Notes under the pieces: generated by a model
The model's input: only the letters and a program-made list of their open reading frames with translations
The model's database searches: none
What the model was told of the DNA's origin: nothing
DNA from: an uncultured Acidobacteriota bacterium
GTDB taxonomy: Bacteria; Acidobacteriota; Terriglobia; UBA7540
DNA length: 64,000 bases
Direction: 5' to 3'
Assembly: GCA_963804995.1 (NCBI GenBank)
Contig: CAWDSK010000006.1
Span: 1,760,001-1,824,000 of the forward strand
Translations under genes and position numbers: made by a program
Shown here: piece by piece, positions 1 to 9,593 of the stretch
Layout of the letters: every line of letters starts with the position of its first letter
Numbering within the stretch: position 1 is the stretch's first letter

Positions 1-209
1 GCTTCCAAAACCAGCACGCGCGCGTAGAGCGGATCGAGTATTCCTTGCGCGCCCTTCTGCCGGTCAAAGTACCCCCACATCCGTGTCCCCAACGGCGGAG
101 TGATGTCCACCTTGGCAACGCCCGCCTTGAGTGACGCCGCTTGGACCGGCAGCACCACGCTCAGAATCAGAACACTTAAAATGAGACCCTTGCTTAATCT
201 TCCCAACAT
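1..209 (-). CDS. Secreted neutral/alkaline ceramidase-like protein, N-terminal part (runs off window)
   Basis: Manual translation MLGRLSKGLILSVLILSVVLPVQAASLKAGVAKVDITPPLGTRMWGYFDR...DPLYARVLVLE: signal peptide plus the AGxAxVDITP...GY..R...D.LYAR motif; GGAG RBS upstream. Confidence 0.75.
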   Translation of the reverse strand, partial: MLGRLSKGLILSVLILSVVLPVQAASLKAGVAKVDITPPLGTRMWGYFDRQKGAQGILDPLYARVLVLE

Positions 210-346
210 CGTCCCTCCTCGTGACAAGTGAAGTCCAGCAGCCCCGTGTGCCCGGTTCGATTACTTTTCCAGAGGCCACGGAATGTCGGGTAAGATACTA
301 CCGCATTTCAGGGCAAATGACGTTGTACGACTACAAGGAGATGGGA

Positions 347-568
347 ATGTTCTGCTGCGATATGCTGGCGGAGGCGGTTGATCGCGAAGCGTTTTATTTT
401 GGCGCCAAGCACCGCATTGACGATGGGCGGATTGTGAACGACGTGAACACCGAATACTTCATCAAAGCCGCCTCGACCCGCGGCTTCGATTATTATGGGG
501 TCAATTACTGCCCTTTTTGCGGCCGCGCGCTATCGGTCGGCCTGTGGCAGGCGGAAAAGAAGAAGTAA
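347..568 (+). CDS. Small Cys-containing hypothetical protein (CC...YCPFCG)
   Basis: Within ORF 221..568; AAGGAG RBS at 335-340 favours a start at 347; CxxC motif near the C-terminus. Confidence 0.55.
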   Translation: MFCCDMLAEAVDREAFYFGAKHRIDDGRIVNDVNTEYFIKAASTRGFDYYGVNYCPFCGRALSVGLWQAEKKK

Positions 569-601
569 GGTGGCCCCCGCAGGTTAATTTGGCCCTGGCT
601 A

Positions 602-738
602 ACCCCCTCACCCGTCCCGCCCCGGCTGATGAAAACGCCAGTTGCGGTCCACCCTCTCCCCCAAAGGGGCGAGGGCTATATACTCAAATTAACTCTCCCC
701 TCGCCCCTTTGGGGGAGAGGGGCCTGGGGTGAGGGGGT
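602..738. repeat. REP family A doublet (CCCCTCACCC...CCCTCTCCCCCAAAGGGGCGAGGG / inverse)
   Basis: Two inverted half-elements between convergent genes; near-identical copies at ~32.8, 33.5, 35.5, 36.8, 43.3, 44.7, 45.2 and 57.8-58.1 kb. Confidence 0.85.
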
Positions 739-829
739 CTTAAGGTTCAGCGAGACAGCCAAAAGCTCTTCACCTTTAAGATTTAAGTTTTGCGTTTTGA
801 TCTTTTCTTGCTCCCCCGCCCCCGCCGGC

Positions 830-1480
830 CTACTCAAACGCAATCAACTTCAAGGTGGTAAGCGGAACGGAGTAGTCAAAAACATCTTGGCTGGAGGAAT
901 CGTACTGCTCGGTGATTCCCAGCACGCGAACCTCCGCGGGCTGAGTGGTGGGCATCAGGAATTTCCCTGCCAGGGTCTTGCCTTCCCGAGTTGTGATGCT
1001 CAGGCGGTCACCCTGAATAGACACCGTGTCGGCCTTGGAGAAATCAACTTCATCCGCGCCACCGCCGTCGAGAACGAGCGGGAAACCCGTGACTGGAGGA
1101 ACCGACTCCAGCAGCGACCCGCGCCCTCCGGGAGGATAGAAGTCCAGATAAAGATCTGCGACGTGGGTGATCTTGCCGGCCTGGTCGGTGATGGTTGCCT
1201 TAAACCCGAAGCGCTTCCAGACCTCCACAATCTGGGCGCGCTGGTTGGTGTTGCCGGTCTGCACGTAAAAGGGCAAGGTGCCTTTATTCAGGTGAACCTT
1301 GGTGACCCGGCGCTCCTTAAGGTCAAAGTGTTTGTAGATCAGGAAAGAGGCATCCTCGTGGATGACGATGCAGTCTCTTTGCAACACCACCTGCTTGCCC
1401 TGTGCGGTCATCTGGTAGATAGTGTCGGCCAGCACGGGGTGCGCCAGGAGTCCCAGGCCGATACAGAACAGGAGTTTCAT
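830..1480 (-). CDS. Secreted hypothetical protein
   Basis: 216-aa ORF with signal peptide MKLLFCIGLGLLAHPVLA. Confidence 0.75.
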   Translation of the reverse strand: MKLLFCIGLGLLAHPVLADTIYQMTAQGKQVVLQRDCIVIHEDASFLIYKHFDLKERRVTKVHLNKGTLPFYVQTGNTNQRAQIVEVWKRFGFKATITDQAGKITHVADLYLDFYPPGGRGSLLESVPPVTGFPLVLDGGGADEVDFSKADTVSIQGDRLSITTREGKTLAGKFLMPTTQPAEVRVLGITEQYDSSSQDVFDYSVPLTTLKLIAFE

Positions 1481-1498
1481 GGTGGGTCCCCATCAATA

Positions 1499-1541
1499 AA
1501 AAAGCCCCGCAGCAGGGTTCCGGTGGAGCCGCGGGGCTTTA
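1499..1541. terminator. Probable intrinsic terminator hairpin
   Basis: AAAAGCCCCGC...GCGGGGCTTT stem with A/T tails, just downstream of the TPR gene. Confidence 0.55.
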
Positions 1542-1556
1542 CATTAAGAGCCAAAA

Positions 1557-2657
1557 CTAGCCCTTCTTTTTCTTGGTCGATTTGTATTCCGTGTCGACTT
1601 TACCCGTCAGTTGGTCCAGGCTGGCTTGCGAAGCCGCAGCCCACTGCCCGGTGGGGGCAAGCTTCAAGTAGGTCTGGAAAGCTTCCACCGTGCCCGGCGC
1701 TGCAACGACCGTCCCATCCGGCTTGAACTCCGCCTTCCCCATCAGGGCCATGCCATACCAATACCAGGCATTCGAGTTGGTGGGATCCAGATCCGTGCAC
1801 TTCTTCAGGGCCGCCCCGGCTTCATCCATCTTACCTTTGTTCACCAGGATGACACCCATGTTGTAATAATAGGCGGCTGCGCCAGTGGGGTTCAGGTCGA
1901 TAGCTTTCTGAAACTCCGCTTGCGCCTCTGGAATCTTTCCCATGTCCGCATAGAGGCTCCCCAGATTATTGTGCAGGGACGCATCACTTGGACTGGCTTC
2001 GAGGGCCTTCTGGTAATAACTCAGAGACTTATCTTGATCCGCCTTGCGGGCATCCGGCGTCGTTTCCAAAGTGGCGGCCTTGCTGTAAGTGTCCGCCAAG
2101 CGCGCCAAAATGACAGGAAAGTTCTTGTCCTTGGCGAGCGGCAGCGCTTGCTCATACATCCCGGCTGCCTCGGAGTAACGCTTCTGATTGTAGAGTACGG
2201 TCCCCTGGTCAAAGAGCGCCTTTAAGCCCGTGAACTGTTTCTGCTCCTTTTCCTCTACCGCCTTCTTTTGCTGGAATTCCGGGTTGGCTTCCGCCTCTTT
2301 CTTGGCAACATTCATTTCCTTTGCCATGTCAAAGTTTACTTCCGTGGGGTCGCCAAGTCCCACATGGTTTGTAATGTTAAAGATCGCATTCCCGCTCGGG
2401 TCCTTGAGCGTGACTTTGTACATCCCCGGCGCCAAGCCAATGTAAGTGTACTCACCCTTCTTATTGGTCTTGACCTTGGACGTCCATTTGATTTCCACCC
2501 GATCGAGTTGGACAGTGTACCCCGCCAGCACCGAGCCGTCCTGCCCTGTACACTTGCCTGTCAACCCTCCGGTTTGGGCAAACCCCGAAGCGCAAGCCAA
2601 AAGCGCTGCGCCGATGACTGCCACCCCTATCATCTTGCGCGCGCATGAACTAGACAT
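1557..2657 (-). CDS. Secreted TPR-repeat protein with N-terminal carboxypeptidase-regulatory-like domain
   Basis: Signal peptide, TNKKGEYTYIGLAPGMYKV beta domain, several TPRs (LHNNLGSLYADMG, YYNMGVILVNKG); GGAGG RBS before 2657. Confidence 0.85.
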   Translation of the reverse strand: MSSSCARKMIGVAVIGAALLACASGFAQTGGLTGKCTGQDGSVLAGYTVQLDRVEIKWTSKVKTNKKGEYTYIGLAPGMYKVTLKDPSGNAIFNITNHVGLGDPTEVNFDMAKEMNVAKKEAEANPEFQQKKAVEEKEQKQFTGLKALFDQGTVLYNQKRYSEAAGMYEQALPLAKDKNFPVILARLADTYSKAATLETTPDARKADQDKSLSYYQKALEASPSDASLHNNLGSLYADMGKIPEAQAEFQKAIDLNPTGAAAYYYNMGVILVNKGKMDEAGAALKKCTDLDPTNSNAWYWYGMALMGKAEFKPDGTVVAAPGTVEAFQTYLKLAPTGQWAAASQASLDQLTGKVDTEYKSTKKKKG

Positions 2658-3055
2658 AATTGCCTCCTCTCCCAATCGTAAATCATCATAATTGTAACGT
2701 GTTGGACGCTCAGACTCAACAGGGAGGTTGTCTTTCCGACCACAGCAAGAAATATCCTCCGAACGCCCCACGATCTCGATAGACGAGTGCGAAGAATCTC
2801 ACGAACTATGGGGTAAGGTCAATGAGGTTGTCAACTTTCTTTGACCATGGACCCGCTGTCCCCGATTTCGGTCTCCGTGACTGTGTCCTCGCCACCCCAA
2901 GCGCCAAAAAGGCAGACTTTGGGGCATTTCCACACTCCAGCCGGATACCCTGCAACCCAATGGCCAGCCTCACCGCAGAGGCGCTGAGACGCAGAGAGCT
3001 TCGTAGCGCGGTCCCCCCCCCGCCTCTGGGGTCTGTGGCTCCTCGTAGGCTGGCG

Positions 3056-4968
3056 GTTGCGGTAGGGATACCGGTTACCCGGTACCCCCCGCACGGATCC
3101 GTACGTGCGCTGGTTAGCGCATACGGCTCTTATCTCGGATGTGTGGCGGCGAACCGTTGGGATGGCCAAGGATGCACAACGTGCGGAGCAGGCAACCAGC
3201 AGGCCGCAAGCTTCCCCAGTCGGTCCCAGTTGAGGCGGTGGCGTTGACTGCGTTGACGCAGTTGCGTTCGCCACAGTCGGGTCAACCGTTCCCGAAAGAT
3301 TCGCAGGCGGTCGAGGTTTCCCGGTACCGCGTGATAGTTGAAGTAGCCTTGCACGACCGACCGGAGCCATTTACCCGTATCCGCGATGGGATCGTGCCGA
3401 CGCTGCCGGAGTTGTTGCTTGAGTTCCTGCAACTTCCCCCGCAGGCGCTTGCTGATCGTCTTCCGCTTCACGGTAAATTGCCCCCTCCGGTTCTTCCCGC
3501 TGATATGCGTGAAGCCCAGAAAGTCGAACGTCTCCGGCTTACCTTCTCCTCTCCGTTTCCGGTAAAGTTCGGCAAACGGCCCGAACTCGATCCGGCGCGT
3601 TTTGTCAGGATGCAGTTCCAATCCAAACTTCCCCACCCGCTCCCGGAAATCCTCCAGAAAGCGGTCGGCTTCCGTCTGCGATTGGAATCCAAGGACCGTA
3701 TCGTCGGCATACCGCACCACGACCACGTCTCCCCGGGCGTGCTTCTTGCGCCACGCCTGCACCCACAGGTCAAAGACGTAGTGCAGATAGATATTCGCCA
3801 GCAGGGGCGAGACCACCGCCCCTTGTGGCGTACCCATCTCCGTCTCCGACCATTCGCCTTCCTCCCTCACCCCGGCTTTCAGCCATTTCTGGATGAGCCG
3901 GAGAATCCGGGGGTCGGCGACGCGATGCTGCACGAACTTGAGCATCCATTCGTGGGATATCGAATCGAAAAATCCACGAATGTCCGCGTCAAGAACGTAG
4001 TTCACGTGCTTCACCGTGAGCGCGTACGAGAGCGCGTCCAGCGCTTGATGCTGGCTGCATCCCGGTCGAAAGCCATACGAGAAGCCCAGAAAGTCTTCCT
4101 CGTAAATCGCCTTGAGGATGGTGACCACGGCCTGTTGGACGATCTTGTCCTCCAGTGCCGCAACCCCCAACGGACGTTGCCGCCCGTCGCCTTTCGGGAT
4201 ATACGCCCTTCGCGAGGGCTTCGCTCGGAATGCTCCGCGGTGGACCCGGCTGTGCAGATCGACGAGTCGACCTTCCAGCCCGCTTTCATACTCCTGCCAC
4301 GTCATGCCGTCTACTCCCGGTGCAGCTTTTCGCTTCAAGGCGTAAAAGCTTTCCCGCAGCAGATCGACCGTTAAGTGGTGGAGCAAGGCCGTGAACTTCA
4401 TCTCCCTGTGTTCCTTCGCGGCTTTCCGCACACCCGCGAGTCCCTGGGACACGCGTGCCCCGCTCTGTGTCGGGTGCGTGTTAGGCCAACGGGTGTTCTC
4501 CTTGATCAGCGGCCTTCCCTCCTCATTCTCCGCCAACGGCTTCCCGTCTTTGTTCAAATGATTCATCGGTACTGTTCCGCTGTCCGACTCCTCGAAAGCG
4601 TGCAGGCGGGCTGTACGGCCATCGCCTTTTCCCGCCGTCCGGCCACGATCTACGGCGGCCGGCGCCTCCGAGGTCTCCCGGTTCTCGTGCAGAAAGTGTC
4701 TAGGCGTGTCTGGGGTCTACGACTACGCAGGACTGTGCCGGAACTCGCGTTGGCGTCCCGGCCTCATGTTGCCTTCCGTTTAGTCTGAAAACGTCGGCGT
4801 CCTGATTGGACATTTTCGAAGCTCAATACCCAGCCCACCTATTCCCCTGTTTACGCTTCACCGTGCGCCTCACGACGCCCAGCGCAAAACTCGGGGCCGA
4901 GTGGATCGCTACTCCTTCCTCGTGAGAAATTTTCATTCTCTGCTTTCTGCCGGTTTATCCCGGCGCAC
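3056..4968 (-). mobile_element. Complete group II intron (~1.9 kb)
   Basis: 5' end GTGCGCCGGGATAAACCGGC at 4968; domain V GAGCCGTATGCGCTAACCAGCGCACGTACGGATC and domain VI ending CCCTACCGCAAC at 3056; internal RT ORF. Confidence 0.93.
3130..4566 (-). CDS. ltrA: Group II intron reverse transcriptase/maturase (no C-terminal endonuclease domain)
   Basis: APGVDG, RPLG..DK.VQ, GTPQG..SPLLANIYL, RYADD and FDFLGF motifs. Confidence 0.95.
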   Translation of the reverse strand: MNHLNKDGKPLAENEEGRPLIKENTRWPNTHPTQSGARVSQGLAGVRKAAKEHREMKFTALLHHLTVDLLRESFYALKRKAAPGVDGMTWQEYESGLEGRLVDLHSRVHRGAFRAKPSRRAYIPKGDGRQRPLGVAALEDKIVQQAVVTILKAIYEEDFLGFSYGFRPGCSQHQALDALSYALTVKHVNYVLDADIRGFFDSISHEWMLKFVQHRVADPRILRLIQKWLKAGVREEGEWSETEMGTPQGAVVSPLLANIYLHYVFDLWVQAWRKKHARGDVVVVRYADDTVLGFQSQTEADRFLEDFRERVGKFGLELHPDKTRRIEFGPFAELYRKRRGEGKPETFDFLGFTHISGKNRRGQFTVKRKTISKRLRGKLQELKQQLRQRRHDPIADTGKWLRSVVQGYFNYHAVPGNLDRLRIFRERLTRLWRTQLRQRSQRHRLNWDRLGKLAACWLPAPHVVHPWPSQRFAATHPR

Positions 4969-5018
4969 CAGACCCCTGTACTTGGGGGTCTGCGACGCAC
5001 CAAAAGGGCAGGGATAAG

Positions 5019-5753
5019 TCACGAGCTTGAAGCATTGCTCCGCTCGCACTGGGGCCGCTGCGCGTAGGGGATAGGATCCTCCACCTCAGCCTCCCGGAAA
5101 GCACGCAAGCGCAAAGCACAGCTATCGCACACTCCGCATGCGGTGTCCTGGCCCTGGTAGCACGACCAGGTAAGCTCGAACGGCGCACCCAGTTCCAGGC
5201 CGCGCCGCACAATCTCACTCTTCCGCATGTGGATGACCGGGGTCACGATTTCAAGTTGTGTCTCGGGCTTGGTTCCGGCGGCAATCACTCGATTAAACGC
5301 TTCGTAATATTCCGGACGGCAATCGGGGTATCCGGAGCTGTCTTCCGCCACCGCACCAATGAAGATCTTTCGTGCTCCCAGGACTTCTCCCCAGGAGACG
5401 GCGATGGAAATGAAGTGTGCGTTGCGGAACGGAACGTAGCTCGAAGGGATACCCTGCCTCTCGAGATTAGCAAGCTCAACCTTGATGTTGGGATCCGTCA
5501 AGCTTGACCCGCCAATCTGTTTCAAGTGATCGAGGCAGCACACCAAACGATGCTCGGCCCGGTAGAAGTCCGCCAAGGCGTGGAAGGCGCGGAGTTCACG
5601 AGCTTCCGTGCGCTGTCCGTAACCGACGTGCAGCATGGCAAGCCGATAATCGAGGTACGCAATCGCGGTCGTGACACAACTGTCCATGCCGCCACTGGCG
5701 AGCACGACAGCAAGGGCTTTGTCCGTGGTCCGTCGTCCGTTGTCCGTGGTCAT
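5019..5753 (-). CDS. queC: 7-cyano-7-deazaguanine synthase
   Basis: SGGMDS, YGQR, YVPFRN, YPDCR, TWSCY and CGVCDSC motifs. Confidence 0.95.
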   Translation of the reverse strand: MTTDNGRRTTDKALAVVLASGGMDSCVTTAIAYLDYRLAMLHVGYGQRTEARELRAFHALADFYRAEHRLVCCLDHLKQIGGSSLTDPNIKVELANLERQGIPSSYVPFRNAHFISIAVSWGEVLGARKIFIGAVAEDSSGYPDCRPEYYEAFNRVIAAGTKPETQLEIVTPVIHMRKSEIVRRGLELGAPFELTWSCYQGQDTACGVCDSCALRLRAFREAEVEDPIPYAQRPQCERSNASSS

Positions 5754-5764
5754 GGTTCGTTCAT

Positions 5765-5841
5765 TCACCGCAGAGGCGCTGAGACGCAGAGAAAAGCCCA
5801 TTGGTTTTCGAAGCTCTGCATCTCAGCGCCTCTGCGGTTGA
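5765..5841. repeat. REP family B doublet (TCACCGCAGAGGCGCTGAGACGCAGAGA / inverse)
   Basis: Inverted pair; a single half at 2970-2997; related TCACCACAGAG elements at 31.7, 54.2 and 59.7 kb. Confidence 0.7.
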
Positions 5842-5872
5842 TATAGTTAGTTCCCAATCCCAACCCCGGTTC

Positions 5873-6511
5873 TTAAACTCCCCTAGTTTCCGGGTCCCAA
5901 ATGAATTTATGAATCTGCATGCCCATGCGGACGCGCAGCCTGTCGCGCAGGATCCAATCGGCAAGCTGGCGGGGCGGCATTTGGCCGAATACCGGCGAGA
6001 GAATGATTTCGTCAACGCGTTTCTTCAGTTCATGCTTCGACATAAACTCGCAGGCGTAGCGATAGTCGGCTTCATCCGCAATCACAAACTTGACTTGATC
6101 TTTCCGTTCCAAGACTTCCAGGTTGTCGGAGCAGAATTGCCCGCCCTCGCCGCTCCCCGGGCACTTGACGTCCATGATCTTGACAACGGCGCGCGGCAGC
6201 CGGCGGATGGACCGTTCCCCGCTCGTCTCGATGAGAACCTGGAACTCCTCAGCCAGCAGGCGCTCGGTCAAGGGATAGACGTCGTCCTGGAGCAGCGGCT
6301 CGCCGCCCGTCAGTTCCACCAATTTGCCGCCGAAGTCGCGAACTCGAGCCATGACCTCATCCACGGTCATCTTCTGGCCGCCATGAAAGGCGTAAGCGGT
6401 GTCGCACCAATGGCAGCGCAGATTACATCCCGTCAGGCGGACGAAGACGCAGGGAAGCCCCGCGAAAGTGGACTCACCCTGAATCGATTTGAAGATTTCA
6501 GTAATGACCAT
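5873..6511 (-). CDS. queE: 7-carboxy-7-deazaguanine synthase (radical SAM)
   Basis: EIFKSIQGES, CNLRCHWCDT (CxxxCxxC) and TGGEPL motifs; adjacent to queC. Confidence 0.93.
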   Translation of the reverse strand: MVITEIFKSIQGESTFAGLPCVFVRLTGCNLRCHWCDTAYAFHGGQKMTVDEVMARVRDFGGKLVELTGGEPLLQDDVYPLTERLLAEEFQVLIETSGERSIRRLPRAVVKIMDVKCPGSGEGGQFCSDNLEVLERKDQVKFVIADEADYRYACEFMSKHELKKRVDEIILSPVFGQMPPRQLADWILRDRLRVRMGMQIHKFIWDPETRGV

Positions 6512-6576
6512 GCGCTATAAGACCCCTGGCCGCTCCCGAATCATTTTACATGATTTCCCGGCAGGCTGAGGGAAGC

Positions 6577-7898
6577 GGGAGTGTCACAGTTTGAATTTCA
6601 TCTCGCTGGACAGACGGCGGAGCGGTATTAGGATGGATGCATGAAGCGCCTCCGCAAGCCACTCCGCAAAGACCCCATCCAGCTACTTTACTAAGATCGT
6701 AAGGTCGACAAGAGGTTGCGGGCCGCTCCCCCGATAAAAAAGATTACTGACTATATATGGACAATCGAGCAAATACCTGCTAATGTGGGTCGCTTTAAAT
6801 GGGAGGAATTATGGGAAATCAGATTCCAGTGCAGGTAATCCACCAAGCCAAGGATCCCAGCGCTCTCCCGGCTTACGTCTCCTTTTCATCGGAAATAATG
6901 CCATTTACCACCGAGAGTCTTATCGCGCTGCTATCTCACCTATCGAACCAGGGAGTGCGACATGTTTACCTGATGATCTCCACTCCCGGAGGGAGTTTCA
7001 TGCACGGCATGAATCTCTATAATGTCCTTCGTGCCTTCTCCTTCAAGTTAACCACACATAATGTTGGGAATGTCGACTCGATTGGGAACGCAATTTTTCT
7101 AGCCGGGGAGGAAAGATTTGCGTGCCCGCACTCCACCTTCATGTTTCACGGAGTCACCACGCAAGTTCCCGCGATTACTGCCGAGGCCAAATCCCTACGG
7201 GAGCGTCTTGATGCGATCAGCGGCGTTATCCAGAGGAACGGGAATACTCTCGTGGGGCGGACTCGGATTAGGCATGAGGATGTTAATGATTTGTTCGGTG
7301 AAGCCAGCACCAGAGACGCGGCATTTGCCGTGGGTGGCGGATTTACTCACGAGGTTCGCGATACCAGGATGGGCTCCGGCGCCTCCGTGTCCTCCCTGAT
7401 GACTGCCGAGGCCAAATCCCTACGGGAGCGCCTTGACACAATCACGGGCGATATTCAGAGGATTGGGAACATCCTCGTGGAGCGCACTCGGATTAAGCAG
7501 GAAGAGATTAATGATTTGTTCGGTGAAGCCAGTACCAAAGACGCGGCATTTGCCGTGGGCTGCGGGATTGTTCACGAGGTTCGTGATGTCAAAATTCCCG
7601 TAGGCGCCTCCGTATTTTCTCTCGTATTCCAACGCTAAAGCGTTGCAATCGTTGCAAGGCATCGACGGCCTGGTTCTTGAGTCACGCATGATCTGCTCCT
7701 GATAGGTGGGACAGGACACTTTCCAGAAAACCTGAGGGGCTGCTTCAATGAGGTAAAAAGCTATTCCCCACTGCCAAGTCCAGCGCGCCATACTAGCCGC
7801 AGGTTACCATGTAGTCAAGTATAATTTCTAACAATTAATTTTCAAGTCGGCTGTCGCAGAATTGGCTCTATCAAAGTTATTCAAACTGAGACACTGCC
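6577..7898. mobile_element. Transposase-less TIR element with 8-bp TSD carrying a ClpP-like passenger gene
   Basis: Left TIR GGGAGTGTCACAGTTTGAAT versus right TIR (reverse complement) GGCAGTGTCTCAGTTTGAAT, 18/20 match; AGGGAAGC duplicated at 6569-6576 and 7899-7906. Confidence 0.85.
6799..7638 (+). CDS. ClpP/crotonase-like peptidase with internal 75-aa duplication
   Basis: ISTPGGS, VDSIG (Ser) and FMFHG (His) motifs; TAEAKSLRERLD...HEVRD block present twice. Confidence 0.8.
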   Translation: MGGIMGNQIPVQVIHQAKDPSALPAYVSFSSEIMPFTTESLIALLSHLSNQGVRHVYLMISTPGGSFMHGMNLYNVLRAFSFKLTTHNVGNVDSIGNAIFLAGEERFACPHSTFMFHGVTTQVPAITAEAKSLRERLDAISGVIQRNGNTLVGRTRIRHEDVNDLFGEASTRDAAFAVGGGFTHEVRDTRMGSGASVSSLMTAEAKSLRERLDTITGDIQRIGNILVERTRIKQEEINDLFGEASTKDAAFAVGCGIVHEVRDVKIPVGASVFSLVFQR

Positions 7899-8133
7899 AG
7901 GGAAGCAGGCTGGGAGGATCTGCGTCTCAAAACGGGACATTGCGTTCCAAATTGGGGGAATTTGCCTACAAATTGTCATTTATTGACGCCTAGAGTTGAC
8001 CGCCGTCAAATTCTCTGGCCCGGCTATTAAGTTGAATCTAAGCTAGTTGCTCAAACTGCCGATATTAAGTGTAGGGAAGCCTAACCATGGCATCCAGGTT
8101 GCATCCAATTAAGCAGTAGGCGAGGTGCTGATT

Positions 8134-8379
8134 ATGCTTAGCCACGACGAGATGCAGAAGATCAGGGAAGAGCGGGAAGTCATGGACACTTGGCGAAAGG
8201 TCTCGCGGCACGTTGTCGCTGACCTGCTGGAGGTCTGCGCCATTTGCGGGACCGTCCGCGAAAGGGTTCACCTAACCCACTGCCGCTGGTGCGAAGACAC
8301 TTATATTTGCAAGGAAGGCGTCTGCGCCCAGCAACACCAGGCGGAATTGCATCCCGCAGTGGCTTTCTGGACTTGGTAA
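8134..8379 (+). CDS. Small zinc-finger-like protein
   Basis: C-x2-C-x11-C-x2-C-x5-C-x4-C-x3-H-x4-H pattern; GAGG RBS upstream. Confidence 0.65.
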   Translation: MLSHDEMQKIREEREVMDTWRKVSRHVVADLLEVCAICGTVRERVHLTHCRWCEDTYICKEGVCAQQHQAELHPAVAFWTW

Positions 8380-8434
8380 GTCAGCTCCGGCTGGTCCGCG
8401 TTTGGAAAATCCCTTTACCTGTGCCGAAGGCACT

Positions 8435-8467
8435 TTGGACTGCGGTAGCTGCTGCTACCGCACTCTA
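8435..8467. repeat. REP family C (TTGGACTGCGGTAGCTGCTGCTACCGC)
   Basis: Palindrome; other copies at 9249-9276 and 13316-13410, relative at 52647-52759. Confidence 0.7.
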
Positions 8468-8551
8468 AGGTGCTAACCCCTACCCCCCCATCGGTAACTA
8501 TCGAGCCCGAGGCATTTGACATATTTCCTTAAGCGCGGTATGGTTTTCCAT

Positions 8552-8818
8552 ATGAAGACGACTTTGATCATCCCGGACCCTATCTTCCGTGATTTGAAGC
8601 ATCGCGCCGCGGAGCGTGGCGAGACTCTTTCCGCGCTGGTCAGCGAATACCTGCGCCAGGGTCTGCGTGAAAGCCGCAAACTCCAGGGTCCCTTTCGCTT
8701 TCCCACCTTCAGCGCCGGTCTCCCCAAAGTAGACGTCGCCGATCGTCAGGCCCTGTATGACGTGCTCGATGCCGAGCGCGACGCGCGGCTCTATAGACGG
8801 GCCGGAAAGAAAGGCTGA
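8552..8818 (+). CDS. VapB-like ribbon-helix-helix antitoxin
   Basis: MKTTLIIPDPIFRDLKHRAAERGETLSALV RHH signature, 2 bp upstream of a PIN gene. Confidence 0.85.
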   Translation: MKTTLIIPDPIFRDLKHRAAERGETLSALVSEYLRQGLRESRKLQGPFRFPTFSAGLPKVDVADRQALYDVLDAERDARLYRRAGKKG

Positions 8819-8820
8819 GA

Positions 8821-9261
8821 GTGTTTGTTGTCGACACGAATCTCCTGATCTACGCGGCCATTCGGGAATTCCCCGAACACGATCAGGCCACCAAGCTCGT
8901 GGCAAAGTGGGGATCGGCGGCGGAGCCTTGGTGCATTACTTGGTCGATTGCCTACGAATTCCTGAGGGTGGTCACGCATCGGGCCGCCCTTCCCCGTCCC
9001 CTCACCTTCGCCGATGCCTGGAGTTTCATCGACAGCCTTCGCGGGTCGCCCTCCTTTGGAATCCTGGTGGAAACGGACCGCCACGCGGAAGTGGTTCGCG
9101 ACCTCACCCGTGAATACCCGCGCCTTTCCGGCAACCGTTTGCATGATCTTCACATCGCCGCGGTCATGAGAGAGCACGGCGTGCTGGAGATTCGCACCGC
9201 CGATACCGGTTTCCACCAATTCAAATTCCTGCGCGTCGTTAATCCGCTTGGACTGCGGTAG
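8821..9261 (+). CDS. vapC: VapC-family PIN toxin
   Basis: VDTNLLIYA...YEFLR...HDLHIAA...TAD PIN acidic motifs. Confidence 0.9.
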   Translation: MFVVDTNLLIYAAIREFPEHDQATKLVAKWGSAAEPWCITWSIAYEFLRVVTHRAALPRPLTFADAWSFIDSLRGSPSFGILVETDRHAEVVRDLTREYPRLSGNRLHDLHIAAVMREHGVLEIRTADTGFHQFKFLRVVNPLGLR

Positions 9262-9593
9262 CAGCAGCTACCGCTTTCCCATTTCTCGATCAAGTACGAT
9301 TCCCGTATGGGCCACAGCGGGCGGAGCGATGTCTCGGAGCGTCACGAGGAGCTCCTCTGGCGCGACCTGGACCCACACGCCAGCAAACGGCGGCAGCGGA
9401 GGCGGGACTGATGCCGCTTCTAATCGACTTCCAAGCTCTGGTCACTACGGACCGGCGCGACTTCCGGCGCGTTCGCCCCAAGCATATCCCCGCCTTCACT
9501 CTCCTGCCTTGAACATCACCCTTACTCGTACCGCAGCGCCACCGTGGTTACCTGCTCCTCCAACAGGCGCTGGAAAGTTGCGATTCACTGACT

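Noticed and set aside
629..1726. 365-aa ORF starting in a repeat
   Set aside because: Begins in REP-derived sequence and is antisense to real genes
3139..4374. 411-aa plus-strand ORF
   Set aside because: Antisense shadow of the intron RT; no protein motifs
3130..4566. RT as retron, DGR or defence RT
   Set aside because: Clear group II intron 5' end, domains V/VI and maturase domain
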